Source of the DNA: Planctomycetota bacterium | GTDB taxonomy: Bacteria; Planctomycetota; B15-G4; SIAN01 | Assembly: GCA_031409275.1 (NCBI GenBank) | Contig: JANNXA010000047.1 | Span: 1 to 64,000 of the forward strand | Length of the DNA: 64,000 nucleotides | Reading direction: 5' to 3' | Shown: positions 47,949 to 58,392 of the stretch, one piece after another | Numbering within the stretch: position 1 is the stretch's first letter | How the letters are laid out: the number at the start of each line of letters is the position of its first letter | Program-made: the position numbers and the translations under genes | Notes under the pieces: generated by a model | Told to the model about the DNA's origin: nothing | The model's database searches: none | The model's input: the letters and a program-made list of their open reading frames with translations, nothing else

Positions 47949-50293
47949 CGCGTGGCCGGCTCGAACTGGCCGCCGAGCTTGCCGTGGTTCATCAGCCGCT
48001 TGCCGTCGACCTCGAGGTTCATCTCGTTGCCGTCGCGCAGAAGGGTGATCGCGAGCTTGCGCTGCGCGCGCGCCAGCGTCCACAACACCTGCAGATCGAC
48101 CTGGCTCTCGATCTGCTTCCCATCGATCGCGGTCACCAGATCGCCTTCGGCGAATCCAAGCGCCACGAGCTCGCCGCCACCATCGGCGATGGTCACGCGC
48201 AGCGCGTTCACCGGCTGCGGCGACCAGTCGAGCAGCGAGCCGCAGTTGGGCACCGAGAGGTACATCAGCCCGGCCTTATTGCCGCCCGACCAGACGCACC
48301 GGTAGTCCCCCGCCGGCACCGCATCGAACGTCGCCAGCGGCGGGACGCTGCTGGTGTCGATCTGCGCCCAGAGCCCGCGATTGACGCTCTTGGTCGTCGC
48401 TTCGAGTTGCAGTCCGCCGTCGCTTCCTTCTGGCATGCGGAGCGACAGCGCGTAGAGCGCCGGAATGGGCAGTGTCGCCAGGTTCTCTCCGGGCGCCAAC
48501 GTCAACTCGATCGAGCTCGCCTCGACCTGGCTCCAGCCGCGCCGTCGCTGGCCGTTGATCCACATCGACAGCCGATAGGTGCCCGCCTCCACTGGACCGA
48601 GTCGCACCAACCCTTCCTCGGCGGTCGGGACGCCGCCCGCCCATTGGCCGATCGATGCGGCGCCTTGACCGGACTTGTTGATGGCGACGTGAACGCGCTC
48701 CTTGTACTCGCCGTCGACGTAGCCAGGCACTCGCACCTCGAGCGTCGCTGGCGGGCCGAACTTGAGCTCGAGCGTGCGCGTGGTGGAGAAGACCTCGGCG
48801 CTCGTCGTCCCGTGCTCGGAGGTGGAGGCGGCAAGGTAGACGCGCGCATCGGCCGGCCACGGTTCGAGCGGCTCGAAACCGAGCCCGCGCGCCGATTCGA
48901 GCGGCAGCCACCAGACTCCGGGTGCGCGCGCTTCGACGGCGCAGTCGTCCGAGTCCATGTTGATGCCGCGAGCCACGTGCCACTGCAACGAGGCGTTGGG
49001 CACGCGGCCACCATCGGGAGCGAGCACGGTCACCTCGATGCAACTCGCGCGATCGAGCTCGGCGATGACGAACTCCTGGCGCGTCGTCCCGGCGCCGACG
49101 TCGACCAACGCGTGGGCGAGCACGGGTGAGCTCCAATCGCGCTGGACGACCAGCAGCCAGCGGCCCTGCGGGACGTCGAGGAAGTTGAACTCGCCATCGC
49201 TCACCCAGGCGTTCTGGGTTGCCGCGCCGGAGCCGTCGTTCTTGCGCAACCGCTCTGGATCGGCCGATTCGCCAGGTTCGAGACGCTTGCCACGCACGAC
49301 CGCCTGCTTGGGCTTGCTGCCGCTCGCCAACTTCACGGTGCCGCGCACGCACGATTGCGACGCGAGCGTCAGCGACAACGGCGCCGGGTCGACGCCGGCC
49401 TGCAGCGACGCCTTCCCCCAGCTCGACACGAGGTAGTCGGGCCACGCCGGCCCGGACTCGGGATGGCCGAGGATGGCGCGCAGCTCCCAATCCCCCGGCT
49501 CCAGCACGAGACTTCGCTGCGCGGCGAGCCAGCCCTGGCTCGCCACCTCCTCGTTGCTGCCGCGGCGCCGGATCGCGATGCGAGCATGCGGCGCGCTGCT
49601 TCCATCGGGCAGCTGCACCTCGATGGGAAGGCGGCCCATCGTCCGACCGCTCCAGTCGACGACCGCGTCCGGTCGCACCTGGCGGTTGGACTCTCCGTCG
49701 GAAGTGAAGCGCATGCCCGCGCTCCACGCCACGACCTCGTAGCGGCCATCACGCAACTGCTCGAAGGCGTAGCAGCCATCGGCGCCGGTGGTCGCGGAGC
49801 AGATCTCGCCGCCCGCGGCGTAGTGGTCGGCGATCGTTCGGCGCAGCTTCTCTTCGAGCGTCAACGGCGGCGGCGGCAGATCACTGCGATCGACCTCCGG
49901 CGCGCCTCGGACGGCACTGCCAAGCCGTGTGACGCGCACCAGCACGCCGGCGAGCGGCAGCCCGCTCGGACCGGTGACGGTGCCGCGAATGGAGCGATCG
50001 CCACGCGGAACCTCGCGCGTCGGCGCGCGGCGCAGCAAGTCGCCGACGCCTTCGGCAAGCTCCGACGGCACGTCCGCCGAGGAGGAGCCGCGCTCGACCC
50101 GAGCGGCCGCGATCGCCGCATCGACCTGCGCCGGCTCGGCGACAGAACTCGTGCTGACCGCGCCACCGGGTGCGTCGCCGCGAGTTGCCGCTGCGACGAT
50201 CGACGGGCGGCCGCTCCCAAGCAGCGCCATTCCGGCGGCGCCCACGACGGCACCGAGCAGCACTCCGAGCAGGAGGATCAGCACCGTTCGCAT
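47945..50293 (-). CDS. Membrane-anchored carboxypeptidase-regulatory-like domain protein with C-terminal PDZ, copy 1
   Basis: IRGTVTGPSGLPLAGVLV, TTGADGCYAFEQLRDGRYEV, GFAEGDLVTAIDG. Confidence 0.8.
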   Translation of the reverse strand: MRTVLILLLGVLLGAVVGAAGMALLGSGRPSIVAAATRGDAPGGAVSTSSVAEPAQVDAAIAAARVERGSSSADVPSELAEGVGDLLRRAPTREVPRGDRSIRGTVTGPSGLPLAGVLVRVTRLGSAVRGAPEVDRSDLPPPPLTLEEKLRRTIADHYAAGGEICSATTGADGCYAFEQLRDGRYEVVAWSAGMRFTSDGESNRQVRPDAVVDWSGRTMGRLPIEVQLPDGSSAPHARIAIRRRGSNEEVASQGWLAAQRSLVLEPGDWELRAILGHPESGPAWPDYLVSSWGKASLQAGVDPAPLSLTLASQSCVRGTVKLASGSKPKQAVVRGKRLEPGESADPERLRKNDGSGAATQNAWVSDGEFNFLDVPQGRWLLVVQRDWSSPVLAHALVDVGAGTTRQEFVIAELDRASCIEVTVLAPDGGRVPNASLQWHVARGINMDSDDCAVEARAPGVWWLPLESARGLGFEPLEPWPADARVYLAASTSEHGTTSAEVFSTTRTLELKFGPPATLEVRVPGYVDGEYKERVHVAINKSGQGAASIGQWAGGVPTAEEGLVRLGPVEAGTYRLSMWINGQRRRGWSQVEASSIELTLAPGENLATLPIPALYALSLRMPEGSDGGLQLEATTKSVNRGLWAQIDTSSVPPLATFDAVPAGDYRCVWSGGNKAGLMYLSVPNCGSLLDWSPQPVNALRVTIADGGGELVALGFAEGDLVTAIDGKQIESQVDLQVLWTLARAQRKLAITLLRDGNEMNLEVDGKRLMNHGKLGGQFEPATR

Positions 50294-50351
50294 CGTCGTT
50301 CCCCTTCTCACCGCGCGCCGGGCGGACGCGCGCAACAGCTCCAGCAGCGGA

Positions 50352-52646
50352 TCAGCGAGTCGTCGGTTCGAACGAGCCGCCGAGCTTCTTCGAATCGAGC
50401 AGTTCGCGAGGGTTGAGCGTCAGCTCGACGCGCGCGCGGCCGCGCTCGACGACGAAGACGACCTCCTTCTTGGCGATCGCCTGCATCAGCGCGATCTGCA
50501 ACTGCTGGGTCGAGACGAGTTCGACGCCGTCGACCGCCACGAGGAGGTCGCCATCCTCGAAGCCGTGAGTGGCGAGGGTGCCGTCGCGCCGCTGCACGAT
50601 GACGCGCATTGCATTCACCACCATCGCTTCGAAACGCACGACGCCCGCGGTCGGCAGGCGCAGCCTCATCATCTGCATCGCGCCGCCGTCGTGGAGCTGC
50701 GCGACGTAGTCGCCCGGAGGGAGCGAGTGGAAGGTCGCGCGCCCCTCGGCATCGAGCGCTTCGTAGAAGAACTCGCCCTGCGCGCCACCCTGCAACCCGA
50801 TCGAGCCGCTGCTGCCCGGCGCCTCGATCACCACGTCGCACAACCGCGGCAGCGCGATCGACGCGTGGTTCTCTCCCGGCGCGAGGTCGACGTCGGTGTT
50901 GGCCACATCGCGCTGCTCCCACGACTGCTTGCCCTGCACCTTGAGGGTGAGGCGATAGCGACCCGACTCGACCGGCCCGAACTTCTGGCTGCCGTCGGCG
51001 CCCACCGCCTGCACGTTGCCGAAGCTCGCTCGCGCCCCCTCCGCGGCGCTCGACAGCGCCAGGAAGAGTCGTCCTTCGTAGCCGCTGCCGGCGAATCCGT
51101 CGATGGTGGCGTGCAACGTGGCCGGCGCGGAGAAGCGCACCTGCAGCGCCCGCGTTCCCTTGGCGACGACGACGGACTTGCGGCCGAAACGCGTGGTGCT
51201 GACCGCCAAGGAGACGGTGATGTCGTCGGGCCAAGGCTTCGCCAGATCGATCTCGTTCAGGGTCGAGAAGGCGACCCACCAGTTCCCATTCGGCTTGAGC
51301 TCCGCCTCGCCGCTGCCCGACCACGAGCCGCGTTCGGCGCGCTCGATCGTCCACTGGAAGTCGGCGGCGTCGACCAGGGCGCCGTCGGGATCGAGCACCT
51401 TCACCACCAGCGAGCTCGCCGGATCGGCTGGCGGCACCGCGAGGTCGCAGACCACCATCGAGTCGCCCACGTCGACGACCGCGTGGACGAGGATCCGCTC
51501 GTTCCAGCCGCGCGACACGCCGACCACGTAGCGACCGGGCGCGCGATCCTGGAAGAGGTACTCGTCGCGCTGCAGCCACTGCACGTCGCCGTTGGCGTTG
51601 CGTTGCGCAAGCGCCGCCAGGTCAGGTTCGCCGCTCGCAGGTGCCGGCGAGATCTTCACCAGCCCTTGGAGGCGCTGCGTTCCGGGCGGAAAGGTGACGC
51701 GACCACGGATGCCGGGGCTCGCACGCAGCGACAGGCGGACCCGATCGGCGGCGACACCCGCCACGACGCGCAACTCGACCGGGAGGCTGGTCATGAGTTG
51801 CGGCCACGCGGGGCCCAGGAGCGGCTCGCCGAGCGTCGCGCGCAGTTCACAGGTGCCTGGCTTCAGGCGCAGCTCGCCGGCGCCGGGAGTCCACAGGTGG
51901 CGCGATTCGGTCGAGCGCGTGCCGTTGCGCTGCGTCAACAGCAACGCGGCCCGCGCCGGCGCGCTGCCATCGGGCAGCGTCACTTCGACGGCGACCGTCT
52001 CGACCGGTGTGGCCAGGAAATCGAGCGTCGAGCCGGTGGTCGCCTCGGGTTGCAGCGCACCGACGACCTCGATCGCATAGCCATCGAGCCATGTCTCGAC
52101 GCTGAAGCGACCGCCGGCCAGCTCGCCGAAGCGGTAGCGGCCGTCGCCATCCGTCGTCGTCTCGGCGTAGCGAGAGGCGCTGTCGTACCACGAGTCGATC
52201 GCGCGCTTCACGGCGAAGTCGAGCGTGTCGAGCGGCGGCGCGCCACGCCCGACGCGCGACGCGCCGAGCCCCCACTCCCCGAACTGCAGGAAGGCTCGCA
52301 CGACGACTCCCTCGACGCCGCTGCCGTCGGGACGGGCGATGCGACCGTCGAGCTTGCCGTCCCCTTTGCGCGGCGTCGGCCGCGGCGAAGCGCGAACCGC
52401 CTCGAGCACCGCGTCAACGACGCCGCTTGGCGAGCTGCCGGCGGTCGGGGCATCGACTCGCTGCGCCTCGACCGGCACGGCCTCGATCGGTGCCGCAGCG
52501 GACGGCGATCTCGCGGGCGCGATCGGCGCAACCAGCGACGGAGAGCGCGCGGGCGACGGTCGATCGCCGAGCAGCAACGCCCCGATCAATGCCCCCGCCA
52601 CCGCCCCGACCAGCAGCCCGACGAGCAGCGGTCCGAACGCCTTCAT
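50352..52646 (-). CDS. Paralog of 47945-50293, copy 2
   Basis: LDGRIARPDGSGVEGVVV, TTDGDGRYRFGEL, GFEDGDLLVAVDG; ends KLGGSFEPTTR versus KLGGQFEPATR. Confidence 0.8.
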   Translation of the reverse strand: MKAFGPLLVGLLVGAVAGALIGALLLGDRPSPARSPSLVAPIAPARSPSAAAPIEAVPVEAQRVDAPTAGSSPSGVVDAVLEAVRASPRPTPRKGDGKLDGRIARPDGSGVEGVVVRAFLQFGEWGLGASRVGRGAPPLDTLDFAVKRAIDSWYDSASRYAETTTDGDGRYRFGELAGGRFSVETWLDGYAIEVVGALQPEATTGSTLDFLATPVETVAVEVTLPDGSAPARAALLLTQRNGTRSTESRHLWTPGAGELRLKPGTCELRATLGEPLLGPAWPQLMTSLPVELRVVAGVAADRVRLSLRASPGIRGRVTFPPGTQRLQGLVKISPAPASGEPDLAALAQRNANGDVQWLQRDEYLFQDRAPGRYVVGVSRGWNERILVHAVVDVGDSMVVCDLAVPPADPASSLVVKVLDPDGALVDAADFQWTIERAERGSWSGSGEAELKPNGNWWVAFSTLNEIDLAKPWPDDITVSLAVSTTRFGRKSVVVAKGTRALQVRFSAPATLHATIDGFAGSGYEGRLFLALSSAAEGARASFGNVQAVGADGSQKFGPVESGRYRLTLKVQGKQSWEQRDVANTDVDLAPGENHASIALPRLCDVVIEAPGSSGSIGLQGGAQGEFFYEALDAEGRATFHSLPPGDYVAQLHDGGAMQMMRLRLPTAGVVRFEAMVVNAMRVIVQRRDGTLATHGFEDGDLLVAVDGVELVSTQQLQIALMQAIAKKEVVFVVERGRARVELTLNPRELLDSKKLGGSFEPTTR

Positions 52647-52697
52647 GTCAGCAACTCCTGGCGCTCGAACCGCGAGCCGCGCGGGGCGAATCCTCGA

Positions 52698-53612
52698 TCA
52701 GAAGCCGATCGAGAGCGCGGCGGTCCCGACCAGCTCGAAACCTTCGTCGTGGTTCAGCTCTTTCTGATGGCCGGCAAGGAAGACCCCCTGGACGCCCAGC
52801 GACATCTCCCACGAGCCGTAGCGCGCCGGAACGCCATTCAACGGGAAAGCCACGAACGTGCCGAGGTCCCAGTAACCGAAGGTGTCGTCGTCGCCAGTCG
52901 CGTCCTCGTAGTAGTCGCTGAAGCTGAAGCCGGCGTGCGCGGGCACGGTGAGAGTGATCTCCGCCGCGTCGGGCTCGCTGCCGAGGTGGCCGACGACAAA
53001 GCTCGGTTCGATGCCGACGCCAAGGAAGATGCCCTGGTCGGTGCCCTGCGGCTCGGTCGCCTGGTCGGTCTGGCCGTCGATCTCGAACGCGACACTCAGC
53101 GTGGGAGCGAGACCGCTGAAACCCGACTCGCCCCAGAGCGACGAGTCGTCGTAGCTCAACGCCACGTTCACTTCGTTGATCGTGTCGTAGCTGCCGTTGG
53201 GGCTGGTGTACGCCAACCAATGCGTCATCAGCGTGAAGTCGTCCGCGAAACCGACGTTGATCCCGGCGTAGAAGTCCGACTCGTACCACGAGCTCGGCGA
53301 GCTGGTACCACTGCCCGAGCTGCCGGTCGGCCCGGAATGGAGGCTGTTCCACGTTCCCAGGAAGAGGCGCAGCGACTGCAACTCGCCTTCGCCTTCCCAC
53401 AACGCGACGCCGAGGTCGAGCGCCGGCTGGAAGATCAGCCCCTGGTCTTCCTGGATCAGGCCGCGGAAGAAGTAGTGCGTCGTCGCGGTCGTGGTCAGCG
53501 TGCCGCTGATGGCGTCATCGGCAGCCGCCTCCTGCGCCAGCGCGCGTGTCGTCATTGCGCCCGTCGACAGCACACCGCCCATCACAAAGGTCACCGCCCA
53601 TCCGATCTTCAT
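52698..53612 (-). CDS. Putative outer-membrane beta-barrel (TorF/Gcw_chp-like)
   Basis: Signal peptide, THYFFRGLIQE, WYESDFYAG, amphipathic strands and a terminal Phe. Confidence 0.72.
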   Translation of the reverse strand: MKIGWAVTFVMGGVLSTGAMTTRALAQEAAADDAISGTLTTTATTHYFFRGLIQEDQGLIFQPALDLGVALWEGEGELQSLRLFLGTWNSLHSGPTGSSGSGTSSPSSWYESDFYAGINVGFADDFTLMTHWLAYTSPNGSYDTINEVNVALSYDDSSLWGESGFSGLAPTLSVAFEIDGQTDQATEPQGTDQGIFLGVGIEPSFVVGHLGSEPDAAEITLTVPAHAGFSFSDYYEDATGDDDTFGYWDLGTFVAFPLNGVPARYGSWEMSLGVQGVFLAGHQKELNHDEGFELVGTAALSIGF

Positions 53613-53670
53613 CGCCTGGTTCCCCTGACTGGTTTCGCGACGGCCGCGAGAGATAGCGCCACCGCTCGCG

Positions 53671-56600
53671 CTACCAGCGGAAGAATTCAGCCGCCAACCA
53701 ACCGCCGGCGGACGACGCCTCGCCCTCGTCGAGCAGCCGGTTCACGTCGACCACCGAACCGCTGGCGATCGCGGCATCCAGCATCGCGGCGAAACGCGGC
53801 CCAAGCGGCGCCGGCGCGACCCGCGCGAGTTCGGCGATGGGACGCGCCGCGTTCACGCCCTCCTTGCCCGCCACCGCCTTCTTCGCCGCCTTCGCCTTGA
53901 TCCACAACTGCGCCAGCGCCTTCGATTCAGGCGCGTTCAGCGCCGCCGCCAGCGCCTTCTTCGCGTCGTCGGGAACCGGCTCGCCCAGCAGTGCCGCCCA
54001 CGCGACGAGACACGGCAGCGCGGTCGCTCCGCCGGCGCGCGCGAGCTGCTCCGCGGTGCCTTCGATGCCGACCAACGCCGCGCGGAGGATCGACAGCTGG
54101 CCGCGCACGGCCACCACCGTCGGATCGAGCGCGTCGCGCATGGCGTCGGCCTGCTGCAGCAGCGGCAGGGCCTCCGCCAGCGCGCCCGCCTTGAACGCCG
54201 CTTCACCGCCGCCGCTCCACGCAGCACGCCACGCGACGATCGCGCGCAGCTGCCGCTTGGCGACCAGCTCCTCCATCGGCGTGTCGACGAAGCTCTTCGA
54301 GCCCGCCGTCCAGGGTTCGGCGAAGCTGTAGCCCGGATCGCCCTCCCAGGCGACGCGGCCGTCGATGTCGAAGAGCAGCACGCGCGGCAGGTTGAAGCGC
54401 GGGATGAAGTACTGCTCGAACGTGGTGCCGTAGCTCTGGCGGCCGCGCGGCCGCGTGTCGTAGCCGGCGGCGCCGACGAAGGCATGGCTCGCGAGGTACG
54501 CCTCGAGGTTGGCGTCATCGGGCGACGCGATGCAGATCACCTTCAGGCCGACGTCCTGCCAGTGGGCGGCGAACTCCTTCAGCCAGCCGTCGATGGCCAG
54601 GCGATCGTTCTGGGCGGCGGAAAAGAAGAGCAGGAGCTGCGGCACCGGGCCCGCTTCCTCGAAGCTGCTCCGCGGCTCGCGCACCCACTTCACCGCGGTC
54701 GGGAAGGGCGGCGTGACACCGACGAAGCTCGAACCGATGGGCTTGCCGCTGCGCGCCGCCTCGTCCTTCAACCGCTGCATCACGATCTCGCGCTCGATCA
54801 GAGCGCCAGGATCGCGGGCGTGACGGGCGAGGTAGCGGACGTTGCGCCAGCGTGCGGCGCCGGGGCCCGTGATGAGGCCGAAGTTGCCGCGCAGCACCTC
54901 GAGGTTCGCGAACTCCTGCGACACCACCAGCTCGCCGTCGCACCACACATCGACCATGCGACCGACGATGTCGACGCGCAGCTTGTGCCAGCCACTCACC
55001 GTGCCGGGCAGCACGTTGTGGCGCCAGACGCGGAAGTCATCGGGGCCATAGAAGCTGGTGAGGTCGACGGAGGCCTGGCGCGGCTCGACGTTGTAGCGCG
55101 CGTCGGCGGCGCGACCGGGGTAGTAGACCAGCGTGTGGAACGTGGTGCTCGCCTTCTTGCCGAAGACGAGGCCGGCGAACGACAGCACGTTGTTCTCGGC
55201 CAGCAGCTCCGCTTCGAGCGAGAAGTCGCCCGAGGTCACGGTGTCGGCGATCAGGAACTGGTAGTCGAACTTGCCGGCCGCAAGGTCGCCGAACTTCGAG
55301 GTGATCTCGGCGCCCGACGCGTGGAATGCGTCGTTGCCGGCGTCGACCCACCCCTCGAGGTTCATTTCGTTGTAGGCTAGGCGCCACAACGCCAGCGACT
55401 TGCCGCTCGACTTCGCGGCGCGCTCGAAGATCTCGAAGAGGCGCGGGAAGCCGAGCTCGGTGCCGAGCCGCCAGCTGATCTCCATCGCCATGCGCGGACG
55501 GTCGGCGGCGAGGTAGCGCTGCGCGATGCCGGCGGCCGACGCCTCGAGCTGATCGAGCAACCGGTCGAGCGAGCGGCGCTTGGGATCGAGCGTCGCCAGC
55601 AGCGCATCGACCGCCTTCACTTGCGCCGCATCGACCGGCTGGCGCGCCTCCAGGATCTGCAGCGCGCGCAGCGCGAGCTTGGCCGCGCGGTCGGTGGCGC
55701 GGCCCGCCGACTTGCCGCCCTTCTCGCGCGACTGCAGGTAGCGCGCGAAGTCGACCAGCAGCTCGGCATCGTCGGGAGTGTCGACGATCCCTTTCTCGAA
55801 GTGCTCCTTCGCGGCCTCGTAGTCCTTGCGCGTCAGCGCATGGCGAGCCCAGTCGCGCCACGGTCGCTCGGGCTCGCTCTTGCCGGTCTGCTGGTCGCGC
55901 AGATCGAGCGTCCAGCGCTTCCACACCTCATCGAGCTCGGTGACCGTGCGCGGCAGCTCGATCGCCTGCTCCGCCTGCTCGAAGTCGACTCCCTTGGTCG
56001 GCGGCTGCGGCTTCTGCAGGACCACTGTCTCGAAGTTCTCGACCGCTCCTTCGCCGCTGCGACCGCCCGACTTGTCGATGAACTCGCGGAACGCGTTGCG
56101 GTAGACGAAGCGGCCGTCGACGGGGTCCTGGTAGTTCCACAAGAAGTAGACGACGCCCCAGGTCGGCGCGTACCACGGCGGGCCCCAGCCGTACTGGTTC
56201 TCCAGCACGATGCGGAAGGTCGGCGCGGTCCGAGGCTCGGAGTTGGCGTTCGACGGATCGATGCCGTCGTTCGGACCGCTCATCCATCCCTGCTCCATGC
56301 GCTCGGCGAGCGGGAAGAGGCGGTGGTTCGCCGGCATGTTCATCAGAACGGTGCCGTTGGCGAGGATGCGCGAGCCTTCGAAGAACGACGCGAGCCCCTC
56401 GTTCAGCCAGCCCACCGCCGACGTGGCGAGCCCGACGAACTGATGCGCCGCCTCATGGAAGAGCGTGGTGGTGACCTCTTCGAAGCCGCCGGGACCGACG
56501 TAGGTCTCGACCGCGCTGCCGGTGAAGTGGCCGCCCGACCACTCGACCGGCGGCCCGATGCCGAGCTTCAGGTACTCGTCACGCGTCTTGAAGATGTGCA

Positions 56601-57390
56601 GCGCGATGCGCGGCACGCTCTTGCCGTCGTCCTCGGTCCCGTAGCGGAAGAACTCCCGATAGAAGGAGTTCATCTGCTCCATCGCCTCGGCCGCGCGCAC
56701 CATCACCTGGTAGCCGGCGTCGGTCTTGGTGACGTAGTTCTCGCGCTCGAGGACGCCGCACGTCTCCCAGGTCGAGTGGTCGCTGTCGAACTGGCGAATC
56801 CACTCTTCGCTGACGCCCTCGAAGAGATCGCGCGCCTTCGCCGATTCGGCGAGGCTCGGGTCGGGGGCGGCGGAGATCCGCTCGATGGCGGCGCGGCTCG
56901 CCTCGCGTTCGGGATCGAGCGCGAGCAGCTGCTGGTGGACGCGGATCGCCGAATGGGGTCGACGCTCCTTCTCATACGCGTCGGCGAGCAGCGCCATTCG
57001 CTCCACGTAGGCGCGCTTCAGCCCGAACAGGTCGGGCGCGATCGGGTCCTTCGCCAGAAGCTCCGCGCGCAGCGGATCGAGCTCGCCGGAGCGCGCCTTC
57101 TGGGCCACGCGCAGCGCGAAGCGCCGGTGCAGCGCCCAGAGCTGCAGGTCGGCGTCGCCGGTCAGCGCCGCGAGTTCGGCCTGCAGCGCCCACGCCTCGG
57201 CCGACTTCGGGTCGCGTTCGAGCGCCCGCTCGACCTCGGGACGCGCCGCCTCCGGTCGACCCTGCGCCAACGCCCGCGTGCCACGCTCGAGCGCCATCTG
57301 GAACGGCGTGAGGTCCCCTTCGCCCGCGACGGTGAAGGCCGCACCGACCAGTACCGCGGCCAGCGCCCGCTTCAAACGCGCGACTTCCAC
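53671..57390 (-). CDS. Large exported protein: TPR, gluzincin-type (DUF1570-like) peptidase, beta-sandwich and thioredoxin-like domains
   Basis: LFHEAAHQF plus WLNEGLASFFE; WHKLRVDIVGRMVDVWCDG; FNLPRVLLFDIDGRVAWEG. Confidence 0.8.
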   Translation of the reverse strand: MEVARLKRALAAVLVGAAFTVAGEGDLTPFQMALERGTRALAQGRPEAARPEVERALERDPKSAEAWALQAELAALTGDADLQLWALHRRFALRVAQKARSGELDPLRAELLAKDPIAPDLFGLKRAYVERMALLADAYEKERRPHSAIRVHQQLLALDPEREASRAAIERISAAPDPSLAESAKARDLFEGVSEEWIRQFDSDHSTWETCGVLERENYVTKTDAGYQVMVRAAEAMEQMNSFYREFFRYGTEDDGKSVPRIALHIFKTRDEYLKLGIGPPVEWSGGHFTGSAVETYVGPGGFEEVTTTLFHEAAHQFVGLATSAVGWLNEGLASFFEGSRILANGTVLMNMPANHRLFPLAERMEQGWMSGPNDGIDPSNANSEPRTAPTFRIVLENQYGWGPPWYAPTWGVVYFLWNYQDPVDGRFVYRNAFREFIDKSGGRSGEGAVENFETVVLQKPQPPTKGVDFEQAEQAIELPRTVTELDEVWKRWTLDLRDQQTGKSEPERPWRDWARHALTRKDYEAAKEHFEKGIVDTPDDAELLVDFARYLQSREKGGKSAGRATDRAAKLALRALQILEARQPVDAAQVKAVDALLATLDPKRRSLDRLLDQLEASAAGIAQRYLAADRPRMAMEISWRLGTELGFPRLFEIFERAAKSSGKSLALWRLAYNEMNLEGWVDAGNDAFHASGAEITSKFGDLAAGKFDYQFLIADTVTSGDFSLEAELLAENNVLSFAGLVFGKKASTTFHTLVYYPGRAADARYNVEPRQASVDLTSFYGPDDFRVWRHNVLPGTVSGWHKLRVDIVGRMVDVWCDGELVVSQEFANLEVLRGNFGLITGPGAARWRNVRYLARHARDPGALIEREIVMQRLKDEAARSGKPIGSSFVGVTPPFPTAVKWVREPRSSFEEAGPVPQLLLFFSAAQNDRLAIDGWLKEFAAHWQDVGLKVICIASPDDANLEAYLASHAFVGAAGYDTRPRGRQSYGTTFEQYFIPRFNLPRVLLFDIDGRVAWEGDPGYSFAEPWTAGSKSFVDTPMEELVAKRQLRAIVAWRAAWSGGGEAAFKAGALAEALPLLQQADAMRDALDPTVVAVRGQLSILRAALVGIEGTAEQLARAGGATALPCLVAWAALLGEPVPDDAKKALAAALNAPESKALAQLWIKAKAAKKAVAGKEGVNAARPIAELARVAPAPLGPRFAAMLDAAIASGSVVDVNRLLDEGEASSAGGWLAAEFFRW

Positions 57391-58283
57391 CGCCGCCGAG
57401 CGAGCGCGTGGCGCGCCTGGTCGAGGAGCTTGCGGCGACGACCGCGGCCGCGTTGCTCGAGCGCCAGCAGCAACTCGTTCGCGGCCGGAAGCGTCTCGGA
57501 CAGCGTTTCACGCCGCGCCGCTTCCTCGAGCCGCGAGTAGTCGAGCGTCTCGCCGAGCTTCGACGCGAGCCGCGCCAGCCGCGGCGCGCGCCGCGCCGCC
57601 CGCGTACCGCTCTTGGTCAGCAGCGTCAGGGCTCCGGCCAGCACTCGCAGCCGCTTGCGCGCAGCGTGGACCGCCACCGTCGCGTCGGCGTCGCGCCCCG
57701 CCACTTTGACGGACTTGCGAGCGCGCTTCGCCAGCCGCTGCCAACCGGCGCGCAGCACGGCGGAGGCGAGGTCGCGCGGCAGCAGTTGCTCGAAGCGATC
57801 GGGCAGGGCGCTGACCTTCGCGGCCGCCACCGCGAGGCGGCGCGCGCGCTGACGCGGCTGCCGTTGCGCGACACGCTCGACGAGCAGTCGGCTCTCGAAG
57901 GCGGCACGCGCCTCGGCGAGTTCGGGGTCGACTGGCAAGGCAGCGAGCGCTTGGGGCAGTGCGTCGCGATCGCGCATGGCGCCGGTGGCGCGGGTGACGG
58001 CGCGCAACGTCGCGACCAGTTCGAGCCGATCCGCCGTCGGCAGCGCGAGCGTGCAGGCGGCCACCACCGCGCGCGCATCGCGGACTCGGCGGCGGAAGTC
58101 GTGCAGAGCTTGCTGCGGCTCGCGCTCCACTCGCAGCGCCGCCTCGACCGCCGCGGTGAGCGCCTGGCGGAAGACTCGCGTGGCCTTCAAGTAGGTCGGC
58201 GACGCCGGTCGCAAGCCGGGGTCGGCCCATGCGATGGCCGGTTCCTCGGTACCAAACGACGACACGCTGCTCGAGCGATGCAT
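57372..58283 (-). CDS. CHAD domain protein (polyphosphate-binding)
   Basis: LHDFRRRVRDARA, MRDRDAL, VHAARKRLRVL, LGETLD. Start uncertain. Confidence 0.78.
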   Translation of the reverse strand: MHRSSSVSSFGTEEPAIAWADPGLRPASPTYLKATRVFRQALTAAVEAALRVEREPQQALHDFRRRVRDARAVVAACTLALPTADRLELVATLRAVTRATGAMRDRDALPQALAALPVDPELAEARAAFESRLLVERVAQRQPRQRARRLAVAAAKVSALPDRFEQLLPRDLASAVLRAGWQRLAKRARKSVKVAGRDADATVAVHAARKRLRVLAGALTLLTKSGTRAARRAPRLARLASKLGETLDYSRLEEAARRETLSETLPAANELLLALEQRGRGRRRKLLDQARHALARRRWKSRV

Positions 58284-58392
58284 GACGATTCCGTTTCCGC
58301 GTTCCCCAACGCAGCGCGAAGGTCTAAACGGACCGTCGAAGCGAAACGAGCGTGCGTCGGACGCGCGGCTGAATCGGTGCGGAGATCGAACG

